NCBI RefSeq assembly: GCF_009914755.1
Contig: NC_060945.1
Length of the DNA stretch: 64,000 nt
Origin: the human T2T-CHM13v2.0 reference genome, Homo sapiens
Strand: one strand, 5' to 3'
A model generated the notes under the pieces. It did not search any database and had not been told where the DNA came from. It worked only from the letters and a program-made list of their open reading frames with translations. Numbering within the stretch: position 1 is the first letter of the stretch; each line of letters begins with the position of its first letter. Of the stretch, positions 1 to 13,391 are shown in pieces. The translations under genes were made by a program, and so were the position numbers.

Positions 1-1899
1 AATTTATCCAAAGTATTGTGGGCAACTGTCTAGAAAAATAAATAGCATAAAGGACACAGATGCCAGAGAACTAAAAAAGAAAAAAAAAAAAAGGTGGGTC
101 TGAGCAAAGAGAGATTAAGAGATGACCAATTTATTTAATCCACATAGAACAGGAAGAAGTCAGCAGGTGTCTCAACGTTAATGACAAGTATTTTAAGCTA
201 TGCTGCACATGAGTTAATTTTTGCTTTAGTTTTTCATTAGATTCTAAGCTTGTTGAATACTACTCCTATTCTTCCATGTCAGAAACTTAATTTCATATTT
301 TATTGTTGCTTCAATGCTTAGGGATTCTTTGCTACCTGTTTCTTTCTCTCCTTTTTCATTCTTCCCTTCCCTCTTCCCATTTCTGTGTTTCCCTTTCTTC
401 TTCCCTGTTATTATTTTCCTTCTTGCTTTTCTCTCTCATGAGAGTATATTCTTAATTCTGTTTCCTTCTGGTGCCAACTTCTTTTTCTATTTTTATTCTT
501 GCGTTTGAGAGGTTTCTTTTTCCTTTTGCTTTCAAATCAGGAGCCTGTAGGAACTGATCTTAGAGATACATACCCTACTACCGATGCTTCTATCTCTTTA
601 TAGGTTGTGTGATGTTTTCTTTGGAACCTCTGCGAATGGTTGTCCTTCTTGTTTGTTGCCACAGATCTGTTGCCAATCTGCTACCTTAGTTGAGCCTGCA
701 GTGCCGCACTGCATGCTGGGATCTGTCTGTGTGAGTAAACTGAAATTTCTACAGCACCAGACAGCATTAGAGTTGGCTTGAGAATTGCCGTACTTTGCTT
801 CCCTTTGTATGTATTTCTTGTATGCTGCCGAGTCACTGATGGCTAGCTCTGTCTGGCAAGTAATTCAAAAATGCTGTTTATGTAGAAAGGAAAGGTAGGG
901 ACTTTACCACACTCTGTCATTAAAGGGAGCAATTGAAGAACAAAGGAACTGAGTAAATACCTATATATTGCCTTTTGTGTTGCGAAACACTGTAGCACAA
1001 ACACATTTGTGTTCAGCCAAATGTTTTACTTCCTTTTGTAATAACGCATATAGTAGGTTGTCTCCACATATGTACAAGAATCCATATTTTATTTAAACGT
1101 ATATAGTCAATTGTTCATATTTATAGGCTGCAAACATTTCTCAATCTCAAAGACTTTTACATATCCACTCCCACACAGCTATTTGTTATTATTTTAAAAG
1201 TTCTTAAATTAAAAAAAAAAATAAAATATACTAATATCTCTGTTGGTTGATTTTATTAAGCAACTTAGGATTTCAACACAGTTTAAATCATATTGATGAC
1301 TCAGATCCTGGCAGGTCTTACAATTCCTGTGAAATGAGAGCACAGCTAATAAAAATATTAAGCAATTACTTTTATTAAAATCATAGGGTTTTTTTCATTA
1401 TCACATAGAAATGATTGATCTATACAGATTGGTCTCACTCATGTGTCTTTTGGGCTGCTTGGGAGCTTCATGTAGAAGTGGAAAGTCCCCTTTGCTCTTC
1501 CTTCGACCAAGGTGGGGAAAATGAAGGCATAGAATACAATCTAGGGCTATTAAAGAATTGCTGGCATTACTTCTCTCTATCACGTGTGAGCCTGGCTGCC
1601 TGCTTCCTGAGGTAGGGGATCCAGGATGAGACTGTGCCGGAGCCTGTTTCCACAACTGCATTTGGAGATCCGTCTTATTGATTAGCGGGGGAAAGGGGTG
1701 GGGATCAGGAGTGTGAGGTGAGGGGAGGACCAACTGACGACTGGCTCAATGAAGCACAAGACATTTTCTTCCGGAAAGATGTCAAACAACTGAGAAACAG
1801 CCAGAGAGGAAGTAGAAAGGTGGAAAAATGAGGAGACCCTGGAAGAAATGAAGGCATTTCCTATGAGACAGCCTTGGGGCTTTTTTCTTTTCTTTCTTT

Positions 1900-2221
1900 T
1901 TTTTTGCTTCCATCATCTGACCTGCAAAGGCTAGAGTGACAGCGTCATGCAAATGCTGCAGTCCAGCAGGTCTGGGAGAGGGTGGATGCTAGACTGTGAG
2001 TTAATGTTAATGATGAGCGCAGTGAAAATACCAGCCGCTGCCACCCCCTGCTCACAGAAGCGCTCTGAGTCAGCATCAGATGCTTTGCCTCGCCTCTCGC
2101 TGTGTATCTGTATGCCTGTGTGCGCGCGCGTGCTCGCTCGGGCATCCGTGTCTAGCCGAGGGGAGGGGGTGGCGTGTGAGTGCGTGGAGGGTAAAAGCCA
2201 GTCAGTCAGTGAGAAGCAAAG
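1900..2221 (+). promoter_or_regulatory. Putative internal promoter / alternative first exon for pri-miR-125b-2
   Basis: Local CpG enrichment (GTGCGCGCGCGTGCTCGCTCGGG) in an AT-rich background, G-rich tracts, ATGCAAAT at 1947-1954, TGAGTCAGCA at 2066-2075, repeated TCAGT Inr-like motifs about 2200, donor AAG|GTACGT at 2221/2222. Confidence 0.65.
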
Positions 2222-3710
2222 GTACGTTGGAGAGCAACTAAAATCTGACTGATTTCCATCTTTGGAGCATCAGATGTATTCCCTAAGGAGGATGGGTCTC
2301 CGTGATGGGGGTGGTATAATTATGTTAATGTCATTTTTATGGAGGGGTGAGATTTTTCATTCTGATAATTGGTTGAATGCTATGGTCAAAAATTGTAAAG
2401 CCATATTCAGTTTTAGGGAAAAGCATGGACTTAGATCTAAGGGCTGTTTTATTTTTTCGCTTTTTGTGAGTGCTGCTTTTTTGTTTTTTTGGTTTTTGTT
2501 TTTTAACTATTTATTTTAAGCCATAAGTGATTCAGTATGGGAAATCAAATGATAAACAGAAAGAGATCTTATATAATGATGCATTACATCATGGAGCAGA
2601 ATATTTAAAGTCTTACAAGGCAGAGTAAAGATCTGGACAGGGGGTGGGGGGTGGTGGTTGGAAAGGGGTGTGGTACTAGGGTGGAGGAGGGGGGCCAATT
2701 ACCAAATATTTTGTGCAGTATAGCTTTCCTTGCAGCTTACTTGGAAATGGATGATTCACCTGTTCTACAGGAAAACATTCTAATTCTTTCCATTTTTTTT
2801 TTTTTCCTCCTCTTTTCCCTTTTAAGATCAACCACCTCAGAAGAGCCAGATTCCACTTCTGTGGCCAGGACTTTTACATTATGGCTGGTCCGATTGTTTT
2901 ACCCTGCGTTCTATGCTACTAAACCTTGGATCATTCCTAAAGTACAAATTCTGTTCTCGAACCACAAACAAGGCTAAAAGATCGGAGGAAATTCAGTGAA
3001 TATACAGGATTGGGGTTGTGTATTTTTAAAAGTATTGAGCTTTATAATGTAATTATTCAAGAAATAGAATCATGGTTTTTTTATGATGTTGCCAGCATTT
3101 TAAATTACATGTTTATTAAGTGGCATTGCTCAAATAACTACAGAGTATGCGTGGAAATATTTGCTGTCTGAATAGTTTGGAGATTCAAAGAGAAAAATCA
3201 AGCTTCAGAGGTATTAAATTATGACATGCAGAAAAGTTTTTGTTTTGTTCTTAACTGCAACGGTATATATTTAAATCCGATTTAAAGTATTATATGTCCT
3301 GGGCCCACCTTACCAGTTGTGCTGTATAGCAGTGTAATGGGAAGCAAAATTTCAATTAGGGTCCCATTAACTGGCATATAATCCTTCTTTAATGTAATAG
3401 AGGCTATGGTGTTGCTGTACAAATCTGCTAGAAGCAGATTTTAACCCATGTTTAGTCTCTTTCTTTGGATCTAATGGAATGACTCTTAACTGTTCATTGT
3501 CTGCATTGTTTCTCATATTCTTCATTATTTTAAGGTCTGGAATTAGTCTATAAATGGTCGTCGTGATTACTCAGCTCATCCTAACTTTTATATATCATAT
3601 ATATTTCTACTGAAGTATTTTAAATAGTATTTAGAGGTAAAAGTCTAAGTGAACCCAACTGTAATTTCTAAGCTATCCTTATTTCTGGAAGAAGAATTCT
3701 ACCGCATCAA

Positions 3711-3799
3711 ACCAGACTTTTCCTAGTCCCTGAGACCCTAACTTGTGAGGTATTTTAGTAACATCACAAGTCAGGCTCTTGGGACCTAGGCGGAGGGGA
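3711..3799 (+). ncRNA. MIR125B2: pre-miR-125b-2 hairpin (5p 3727-3748; 3p about 3764-3787)
   Basis: Exact miR-125b-5p TCCCTGAGACCCTAACTTGTGA, loop GGTATTTTAGTAACA and paralogue-2-specific 3p arm TCACAAGTCAGGCTCTTGGGAC; lower stem CCTAG/CTAGG. Confidence 0.99.
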
Positions 3800-6700
3800 A
3801 CCAGCAGCTTTGGACCTTATTGATTGTCTGCAGTTACCACCAGAACAAAAGAACATACATAGATTCTGCCTAGGAGAAAAGAACAATGCTTTTCTTTATC
3901 ATCAGCAACGTTTTCACCATGACCCATCCCCAAAAATACTATTGTCAGAAACTGTACTCTAAAGTGATTACACAGTTGCACTGAAATAGCGTTTGTATTA
4001 TAACGATCATACAAAAGCAATATAAGAAACCTGTGTAAGAAGCAAAATTAAAATATAAGTGTTTTAAAATGCTTCTTTTGGTGCATTTTAAGGTGGCTAG
4101 TATAAGAGGATATCTCTTCAGTTAATGAAGAGAGGGGATTATATTTATAACTTTTCATATGCATTGAAATATATACATTAGCTACTTAAATAAATCCTGT
4201 ATGCCTCCATATAACTATGGCTCAGACTATGTCATATACAGCTATAAGCATGCTTGAGGCCTAGAAATAACATGATTTACAATCTTCTTTATTGACCCTA
4301 TTAGATTTTACTACCGATTTAAGAAGAATGCTGTTTTATACTTTGTATTTATTGCCAGGGCTTTTCTGAGTCTTCTATCCAACCAACATACTTTATATGT
4401 CTTAACAATTCTAACAATTATTTTGTTACGAGAGTCCAAGAGTGAAAGTTTCACCAATAATCTGGGAAAATATGTCTTTTTAAAATTTTTTACAGTTTAC
4501 TGTGTACATATCATGGGCCTACGTGAGATAAAACAGTAAACGCCACCTATGAAGTCAAACTGCTTTGACTAGCAACTGCATATGAACTGCATAGTTTTAG
4601 TTTTATAAGAATTTTAGCTTTATCGGAGGTAACTATTCCAACCATAAGTAATATGTCATATTTGAAAGTTTAATAGCCATTGCCACATCAGATATGTCTT
4701 TCTTGGAGATAGAATCAGTATGCTAAATCTATTTAAAAATTTTACAATAATGTTACAAATATCAAGATTCAAAATGGAGATGACAGACTTTCCTTAATAG
4801 AAGCAACAAAGTGGCTTCATTCTTTTAACTATTGCCTTAGATGGGTGCCATAAATTATGTGTCTTCTGCATTGTTAAAATAAATTTATGAATGTATTTTA
4901 GAATACTGTACGGAGTCTTTGTTCATCTTTTTAAAAATTTCTTATAATACCTACTTGAAATATTACAGAATACAAATCATCTATTAGTCATAGTTATTAA
5001 AAATTACTATAACAATATCATAAACATACACATCTATATAAAGCATGCAGAATATGTTTAAGCATGTATGCACACTGTACCTATTCAGATTCTTTATTTA
5101 TATCATCTACTTCATTTATCTAGAAGTTCTGAAATTTTAGGTGTGTGTATGTATATGTATAAATATAAGTTTTAAAGCTCCAAATGAAAGGAGGTAATAT
5201 AAACAGTAAAGAGCTTTGGTAGTATTTATCTTTTATTTCTTTTGACCTCATTCTCATTGGAATTGAGTATTTTTTAAAACCATAAGTTTCTTAATACAAA
5301 GAAATCTATGTATGTGTGTCTACATGTACACAGAAGCTTGATTACATTTAATAGCAATGTTCACACAATGGATCTGAAAGTACTTCTTGTAAAAAAGAAT
5401 ATCACATACAAGTATGTGTTTACTAACATCTGTTTTAACATGATCATAAATAATATCTGTGAAAGGTTCCATCAAGTTAGTTCCAAAACAATGTAAGGGG
5501 TAGATGTTTATTGGCTATAGTGATATCAGATATAGGTTATTCAAACGTGAAAATTTTTTAATGTTATCATATTCATGAACCACACTATATATTAACTTCT
5601 GTCTCATAAAAGAAATATACCAAAACTGAATTGAGAATGCAGTCATGTTTGTTCATTTTCACCATAAACATATAAAATGTTTTTTACTGATAATCCTGCA
5701 CAATTGGAACTTCTCTATGTAACCCTCCTATATGAACAGTCTTTCAAGAGCGTCATTGACAAAGCTTTTCTTTTACTTCATAAAGGTGTATATAGATTTA
5801 AGTGGGTGACTTTGCTTATGTAGGCTACTTTATGCTGTATGTGCATAGACAGATGCCACTTTTTCTGCATTTCTATCTCAGCTGTCACAGGATAATATTG
5901 TTTTAGGGCTTTATGATATGATTTGGAAAATCAGATCATACTAAGCTTAAAATAAAAAGGAGAGATCTACAACAAAGAGCGAGAAAATGATGTGTGTTGC
6001 ATGCAAAAAAAACAGTGATATTAACAATTCGATGGCTTCCTGGTTGGGAGACCAGCCTGAGCCAGACGCATATATTAAGGGCTGTCTGCTGCCGATGTGA
6101 GCTTGCTCAATGCGGTGGAAATGAGGAATCATCTCCTTTCTGACACCAGCTTATTTGTACATTTTAATTTTGAAATAGCCAATCACTGTTTTACATAAAT
6201 ATACTAACCCCTGCCTGATTCATTTTCTTTCCCATATTGTTTGTTAATTTACTGTGAACTTCAAGTTCCTTTTTTTGGCAAAAAAAATCATCATTCAACT
6301 TCAACATCTACCAAAGACCAATGAAGTATTAGCTTTTCTTTTGTCTCTTTTGTATTGCTCTGATAATATTGTGATATTCATGCTTTTAACTTTTAATCTC
6401 TGTAAGGAAAACATCAATTTTCCAAAATAGCATTTTTTAAAGCCTTTTAGGATCCATCAAGGAAGCCACTCTGGAATTTTGCCAAATCTAAATATGATTA
6501 TATTTCATTTCAGGGTTCATGGGATCAATATCTTTTTCAGTATAAAAGTCCCAAACACTTTAGTATTCCAGTGGAGCTACAGAAGAGGTGTAGAGATATT
6601 CTTAAATCATTTAAGCATTAGGCTACATTAATAGTGTCTTGAAGAGAAATAAGTATCTCAGGAGAATTATAGTACAAGTTAATTACTAATGAAATTAGAA

Positions 6701-9189
6701 AGGGTATGTTCTGCCTTAAACTCCTCTTCAAATGGACAGGCTGGTACATGTGCCTAGGCTTGGTCTAATACACCTTAAATATATAAACGGTTTTACAAGC
6801 TGTCATGTTTGGATGAGTTTGAGAAAAGCAGTATATAAAGGGTTAGCTAACGCCCAAATTTTCTTGCCATTTACACATGCAATGCAGCCTACATTTCTGT
6901 AGGCAGCAAATGCAGGCATCATTTTGATTGCTTGAATTCTTTTGTTTAATTTTTTACTAGACATTTAACTTAGCACTCAAATCCCACTGATCCCTTAGAG
7001 ACTGCATTTGGATAAGGAAAACAAAGTTCCTAATATAGAGAAGTTTAAAAAAAAAAAAAATCCTGGGCCCTTGTAAACATTTGAGAAATAGACTTTTAGT
7101 GTAGCGCTGCAAATACATATTTAGAGTGCAGAAACTTAGGTACCTTTATTATCTATCATCATCCTGGTTTTCTTATCTTTCAGTGACCAACTATAGAGTC
7201 GGTCACATATTTATTTCCTATATGTCTTTATTTCTTGAAAGGTTTAGTAAAAACAGTGTAAAAATTGACATATCTTCATAAAATGATTCACACCATTTCT
7301 TCAATGAGCTAGCTTCAATTTTCATTAAATGTTGCTTTTCTCCACGTCTCTACATGTTAAATGTAACTTTATGAAGTACATTAGCAGCCAATAATATTAA
7401 CTTGTATGTAATAGTTTACTTGTAGGAATTTGAAAGCAGGTGGAACTTGAAGGTAATTGAGATTAAGTGAATTTAAGATTAAATAGCTTCATTTTATATA
7501 AACAGTTAATTTCATGCATATTTTATGGACAACTTAAAAGTGAAAAATTCTGATAAGGTGAACTAAATTTTTCATTATTGATATAAGTAACGTGACTTTA
7601 AATCTGTTACCTTAATAATTAATTTCTAAACAAACAAAACAGGTATAAAAATAATCATGGACTATATTCATTAGGTCAAGTAAATAAGAATAAAAACTTC
7701 CTAGGTTTTGTCTTGGCCATATAAGGTCTTTGAGGTGTTTTGGGTTCTTTTGTGTTGATTGATAGATTTAACTTTGCCTCTCTTCTGAGAAGTTTCTCCC
7801 TCTTTGTCAATAGGTGTCTGATGATTTGTGAGCCTCAAGTGACTACTCTGTGGAATCATCTGTCCTTGCCTTTGAATTAGCTTTCCCTAGGCCATGAGTC
7901 AACATTAGTAGTTTATACATCCAAATTGGTAGGTCTTTATGAAATTCTTCTATGTATTCGTTCTAGACATATAAGTGAAGTATAAGAAATTATAGATTTA
8001 CATTGTGGTTGTTTTTACAGCTTCTGGACATCTTTGAGAAAATACTTGGGTGGCATTGAAACACTAGCCAATGGAAGCATTTGATTTTGTAGAATTTTGA
8101 AATGTAGTGCCTTACTCATAGTACACTTCCTAGTCTTGGGGGTGGGAAGACCAGTCTGTAGCTAACTTATTACTGTCTTATACATCATGCTAAAGCCCAG
8201 CCTGGGCATTTGTAAACCTCGGGGAGGTTTCTACTTTAGACAACAGTTTTTGTTGAGGGATTACACCACAGTCAGTTCCCTCCATTTCTCCCTCTCTTCC
8301 TGGCCCCCCTCCCACCCAACATGGAGCCTTTTCAACTCTTCAAAGAAGTGGGAAAAAAAAGTAGACTCTTTATTAATGGCAGAAAACAAACTGGCTGCTG
8401 TACTTCCGAGGCAGCTCTCTAATAATAAAGCAGAGTAGGCACTGCAACAAAGAATTCTTGAATGTACTAAATATATAGGGAAGCCTATTTAAATTCACCA
8501 GAGGGGCTTAGAGGACAAGCAGCAGAAAGTTTAGAATTCAATTCAAGCCATGCCAGAAAATGAAAATGTACTTAAAAAAGGATTTCTGAAACAATTGTTC
8601 AAAGAAATGTCAACTTTTAAGGTTCTTTCTAGAAGAATGAAATTTGTACTCTAATTTATGTGGTGACTTTTTCAATTAGAGAGGAAAAGTGATTAACAGA
8701 ATCTCAAAGGAATTGTATCTTATGTTTAAAGAAAACGTGTTTTCTTTCCATAGGATGTTCTCTAGTGAGGGCCACCTAGTGCACTGACTAAAAACAACCA
8801 AATATATTTATGGGACAAACAGATAATGTATTTTTTTTTTTTTTTAGCAATTAGACATAACAAATGCTCATCTTACTTTGACAGAAAAATATTCAACTTT
8901 ATATTCTTTCTAGTTCATTTTCTCACATTCAGCTCTACGATTTAAAATATTTTAATTGTAACTCTGAAAGAGCAATTTGCTGATAAATAATAGGACTATG
9001 TGTTTCTAAATTTAAGAGATAAAAAAGTGATCCCTACCTTATCTCTTAGTGATTGAGTCAAGAAATTATCGTTGCCCATTATTTACCTATCTATAAGACA
9101 TGTGTTTCTATAAGGAATACCCACATCTATAAGAATATATATTTTATTAATCACAATGTTCACTTTCTTTATAAAAACTGCTTATAAAG

Positions 9190-9554
<365 letters not shown>

Positions 9555-9619
9555 TTAGAAGTAACATAGATATTGGAAAAAAAAGATCGTTTTTCTTTGT
9601 CCTCAAGGATTGCAAGTTT

Positions 9620-10150
9620 TAAAGAGAATGGAGGCTTGGACTTGCTAGTGACCATCTTTGTTGCCATTGTGGAGAGATTCTACCTGAGAATGAAACCCAC
9701 ATGGAATTCATCAGTTCCACAGTATAATTTGTCAGCTTAAAATAAGATATTTATTTATTAATGCATCTATTCTTCCCACCCTCCCCCAAGTTCTCTCTGC
9801 TGGCTCTGCCTCTCCCTCTCACCTGATATGTTCTCCCTCTTTCTTTCTCTTTCTCTCCAGTGTTGACTTCATTCTCAGGTAAGCTTTCTGAATGTGGTGG
9901 CAAAGATGGCCACATACAACTTCAGACTTGCATCATGCGTCATCCTACAGCCTGTGAATCCAGGAAAAATAAACAAACAAAAAGATTCTCTTTATGCCAA
10001 CATCAATTTCAGTTGTCAGAAAATCTTGGATTGGCTCTGTTTTGGTGACATGCCCATATGTGGATCCACTTATTTGATAAACAAGGACTACTCTGATTGG
10101 ATGGCCAATGTAGGGAGGCAAAAGACGACTAGCCTATCAAGGTCATGAGG
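9620..10150. mobile_element. Degenerate MLT1-type (ERVL-MaLR) LTR fragments
   Basis: MLT1-like phrases (GGTGGCAAAGATGGCC, CTCTGATTGGATGGCC); boundaries approximate. Confidence 0.5.
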
Positions 10151-12620
10151 AATGAGTGAGGGTCTGTCAGTCGTAGAAAGTGAAAGGAATTTAAAGCAGG
10201 CGGGAATGTAATGGAACACACAACCACCACTACACATTTTTTAATTACTGAGTATAATGATGATTGATAGGCTTTTGAAAATGTTTGTCTTGGTAAACTC
10301 ACTGGTACCTATCAATGTGTAGGCAACATTAGTTTATTTTGCCAAATGTCCTCTTACAGCATGGAAACTATAAAACATCTGCTGCAGCAAATCTCAACCT
10401 TGAGTGTCATGAGATTAATTACTTTTATTAACACTTTCCATAAGCATGTAATATATGACATATACCAGGAAAGTCAGCATTTGGTCTCATTTAGGAATTT
10501 GAAATTTTAAAAATTATTTAAGATTACTAGAAATTGTTTGGTAAAGAAGAGATGATTATTTTTTTCTGTAGCCTATTGTGTCTATCCTTAACCACCATAT
10601 GATCAGACCATTTCCTTACAGCAAATTTTATATCCTCCCCACTTTTACCTCTAATGTTAGAGATAATTAGTGCTGATTCTTGGAAATTTTTATTTTTGTT
10701 TATGAATTAATTTCTTCCTCTACTACTATTATACATATATATATGCATTATATATACATATGTGTGTGTGTGTTTGTGTGTATGATGTATATATGATGGC
10801 TACAGTTATAAAATAAGGATGTTAGATTCTTATTCCATATCCTTTACCTTGTTGCTCTTTTGTTTATCATAGTATGACCTGGGTGGTTTTTAACATTTTA
10901 CCATCAAGAACTACTATTTAGGAATCTTTCTCAATGAAAAAGAGATTAATTTACTATGAATAATGGTTCTAATGCAAAACATTTTGGGCTTTTGTTGTGA
11001 TGCAGATGAGCAAAGCCATAAATATAATTTAGAGAGTTTGAAAATGTATTTTAACATTCACAATTCTTCTCACTAATTAATCAAATTACAAAATTATGCT
11101 GTGGCTTCCAGTATATTAAAATAAGTTGTCATATTTGGAACATCTGTTTATGGTCCTATTATGAATATGTATTTCTAAAGGGCTGAAATATAGATTGCCA
11201 TAAATAATGTTTGCAATTTAGTCCGTGGAAAAATGATACCTACTTCCCTTCACAATGCTTGTTTATTTCCCACGAAGTAAATCTTCCAGATTGTATTTTA
11301 TCATTTTCTTATCAAGACGGAGGAAAAAAGACTCGGGTCTTACTTAAGCCTTGCTGATTGGTTAAGAAAAGAGATGGCTGTCATCGGCAGCCTTGCCAGA
11401 CACTGTACCGTGGCTCCAGACAGTCAGCTGGTACTATCGCTTTGTCTCAACTATAAATCACAGTCTCGTAATGGCCAAGGCTGACACCTTGACATTTTCA
11501 AGAAGAGTAAAAGACCTGATTTGAATGGAAATCAATTTCATTTCACAAATCTTGGGTGACTACTCCAAGCCTTTTCTTGTGTCTTCTTGAGACTTATTTG
11601 GGATTTTCATGATCATCAGAGGATTATTTGAGTGTTATATTATGACTTTTTAAAGCTATAAAACCATATTCTTACTTCCTTCTTCATTCCTAACATGAGA
11701 AAATTGATTTTTAAAGTTTTATGTAAGAAAAATCACTAATAAGCACTGATAGTTTTTAAAATGGCAATAGCAGCCAATGCTGTTTAGTTTTGCAAAACTT
11801 TTGTAAAATGTTCTCTGATTTAAAAGTACAAGCTGTGTACACACGTATCCAGATTAACCTTTGATTACCTGATAATAAATATTAGCAATTATCAAGTGAT
11901 TTTGCACTTCAATCAAGCAGGTCTCAATGAAACTTAAAATCTTTTGAAAAGTATTTTCACTTTTACGTTCTTAGACATAACAAGAAAGTTTTAAGCCTTA
12001 AATTTTAAGTATTCTAGAGCCAATGATGAGTAAAAAGTACTTAATTATGTTAGATGGGACCTTGCATTAAATTGCATCCGATCTTTTGACCATTCGACCC
12101 AAGTGACACAGAAATAATTTCATACTTTACTAGTATGAAAAGAAATTCTTTTTGGGGCTTTTAGGAGCTTGGCATTGAATGTTTAAAATGTTTAATATAC
12201 TTATTCTGTTACATCTTTCTCCTTTAGAAGAATACTACCATTTCTTTAAAAGCACGGAGGGGAAGACATTTCTTCTTTCCTGGTATTTTGTCTTGATCCC
12301 TCTCCAAGAGTGATCTAAGCTCAGTAAAGCCTTGGTCTTCTCGACACAATATTAATGGAAAATGTTAACCTTACCTATCTCTCTTTTTTAAGTATGGAGG
12401 GATTACCACAATGCCTTGTGATGATTTCTCTTCATCTTCATTGTTAGTCCTCAACTTTGTCTCAAATCATAATTTTAAACAGATAAACTTTGATTGTTAA
12501 ATTCATTATTTTGTAAAGCCCTATGAACGAGTGAAATTACACACAGTTACAAACAGGATTCCCAACCCTTAAATCTTTTTATTCATCCTTCTATCCATCT
12601 ACTCATTCATTCATAATCTA

Positions 12621-12979
<359 letters not shown>

Positions 12980-13066
12980 TTAAAAAACAAAAAAGTTATC
13001 AAGTCAGAAAGTGATCTATCCACAAAGGAGATGTAAACACAACGTTCTGATGTTTTGGGATTCTAG

Positions 13067-13391
<325 letters not shown>

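Noticed and set aside
1947-2252. 101-aa ORF across the promoter-like region
   Set aside because: No recognisable domain; it runs through the splice donor and is explained by local GC content.
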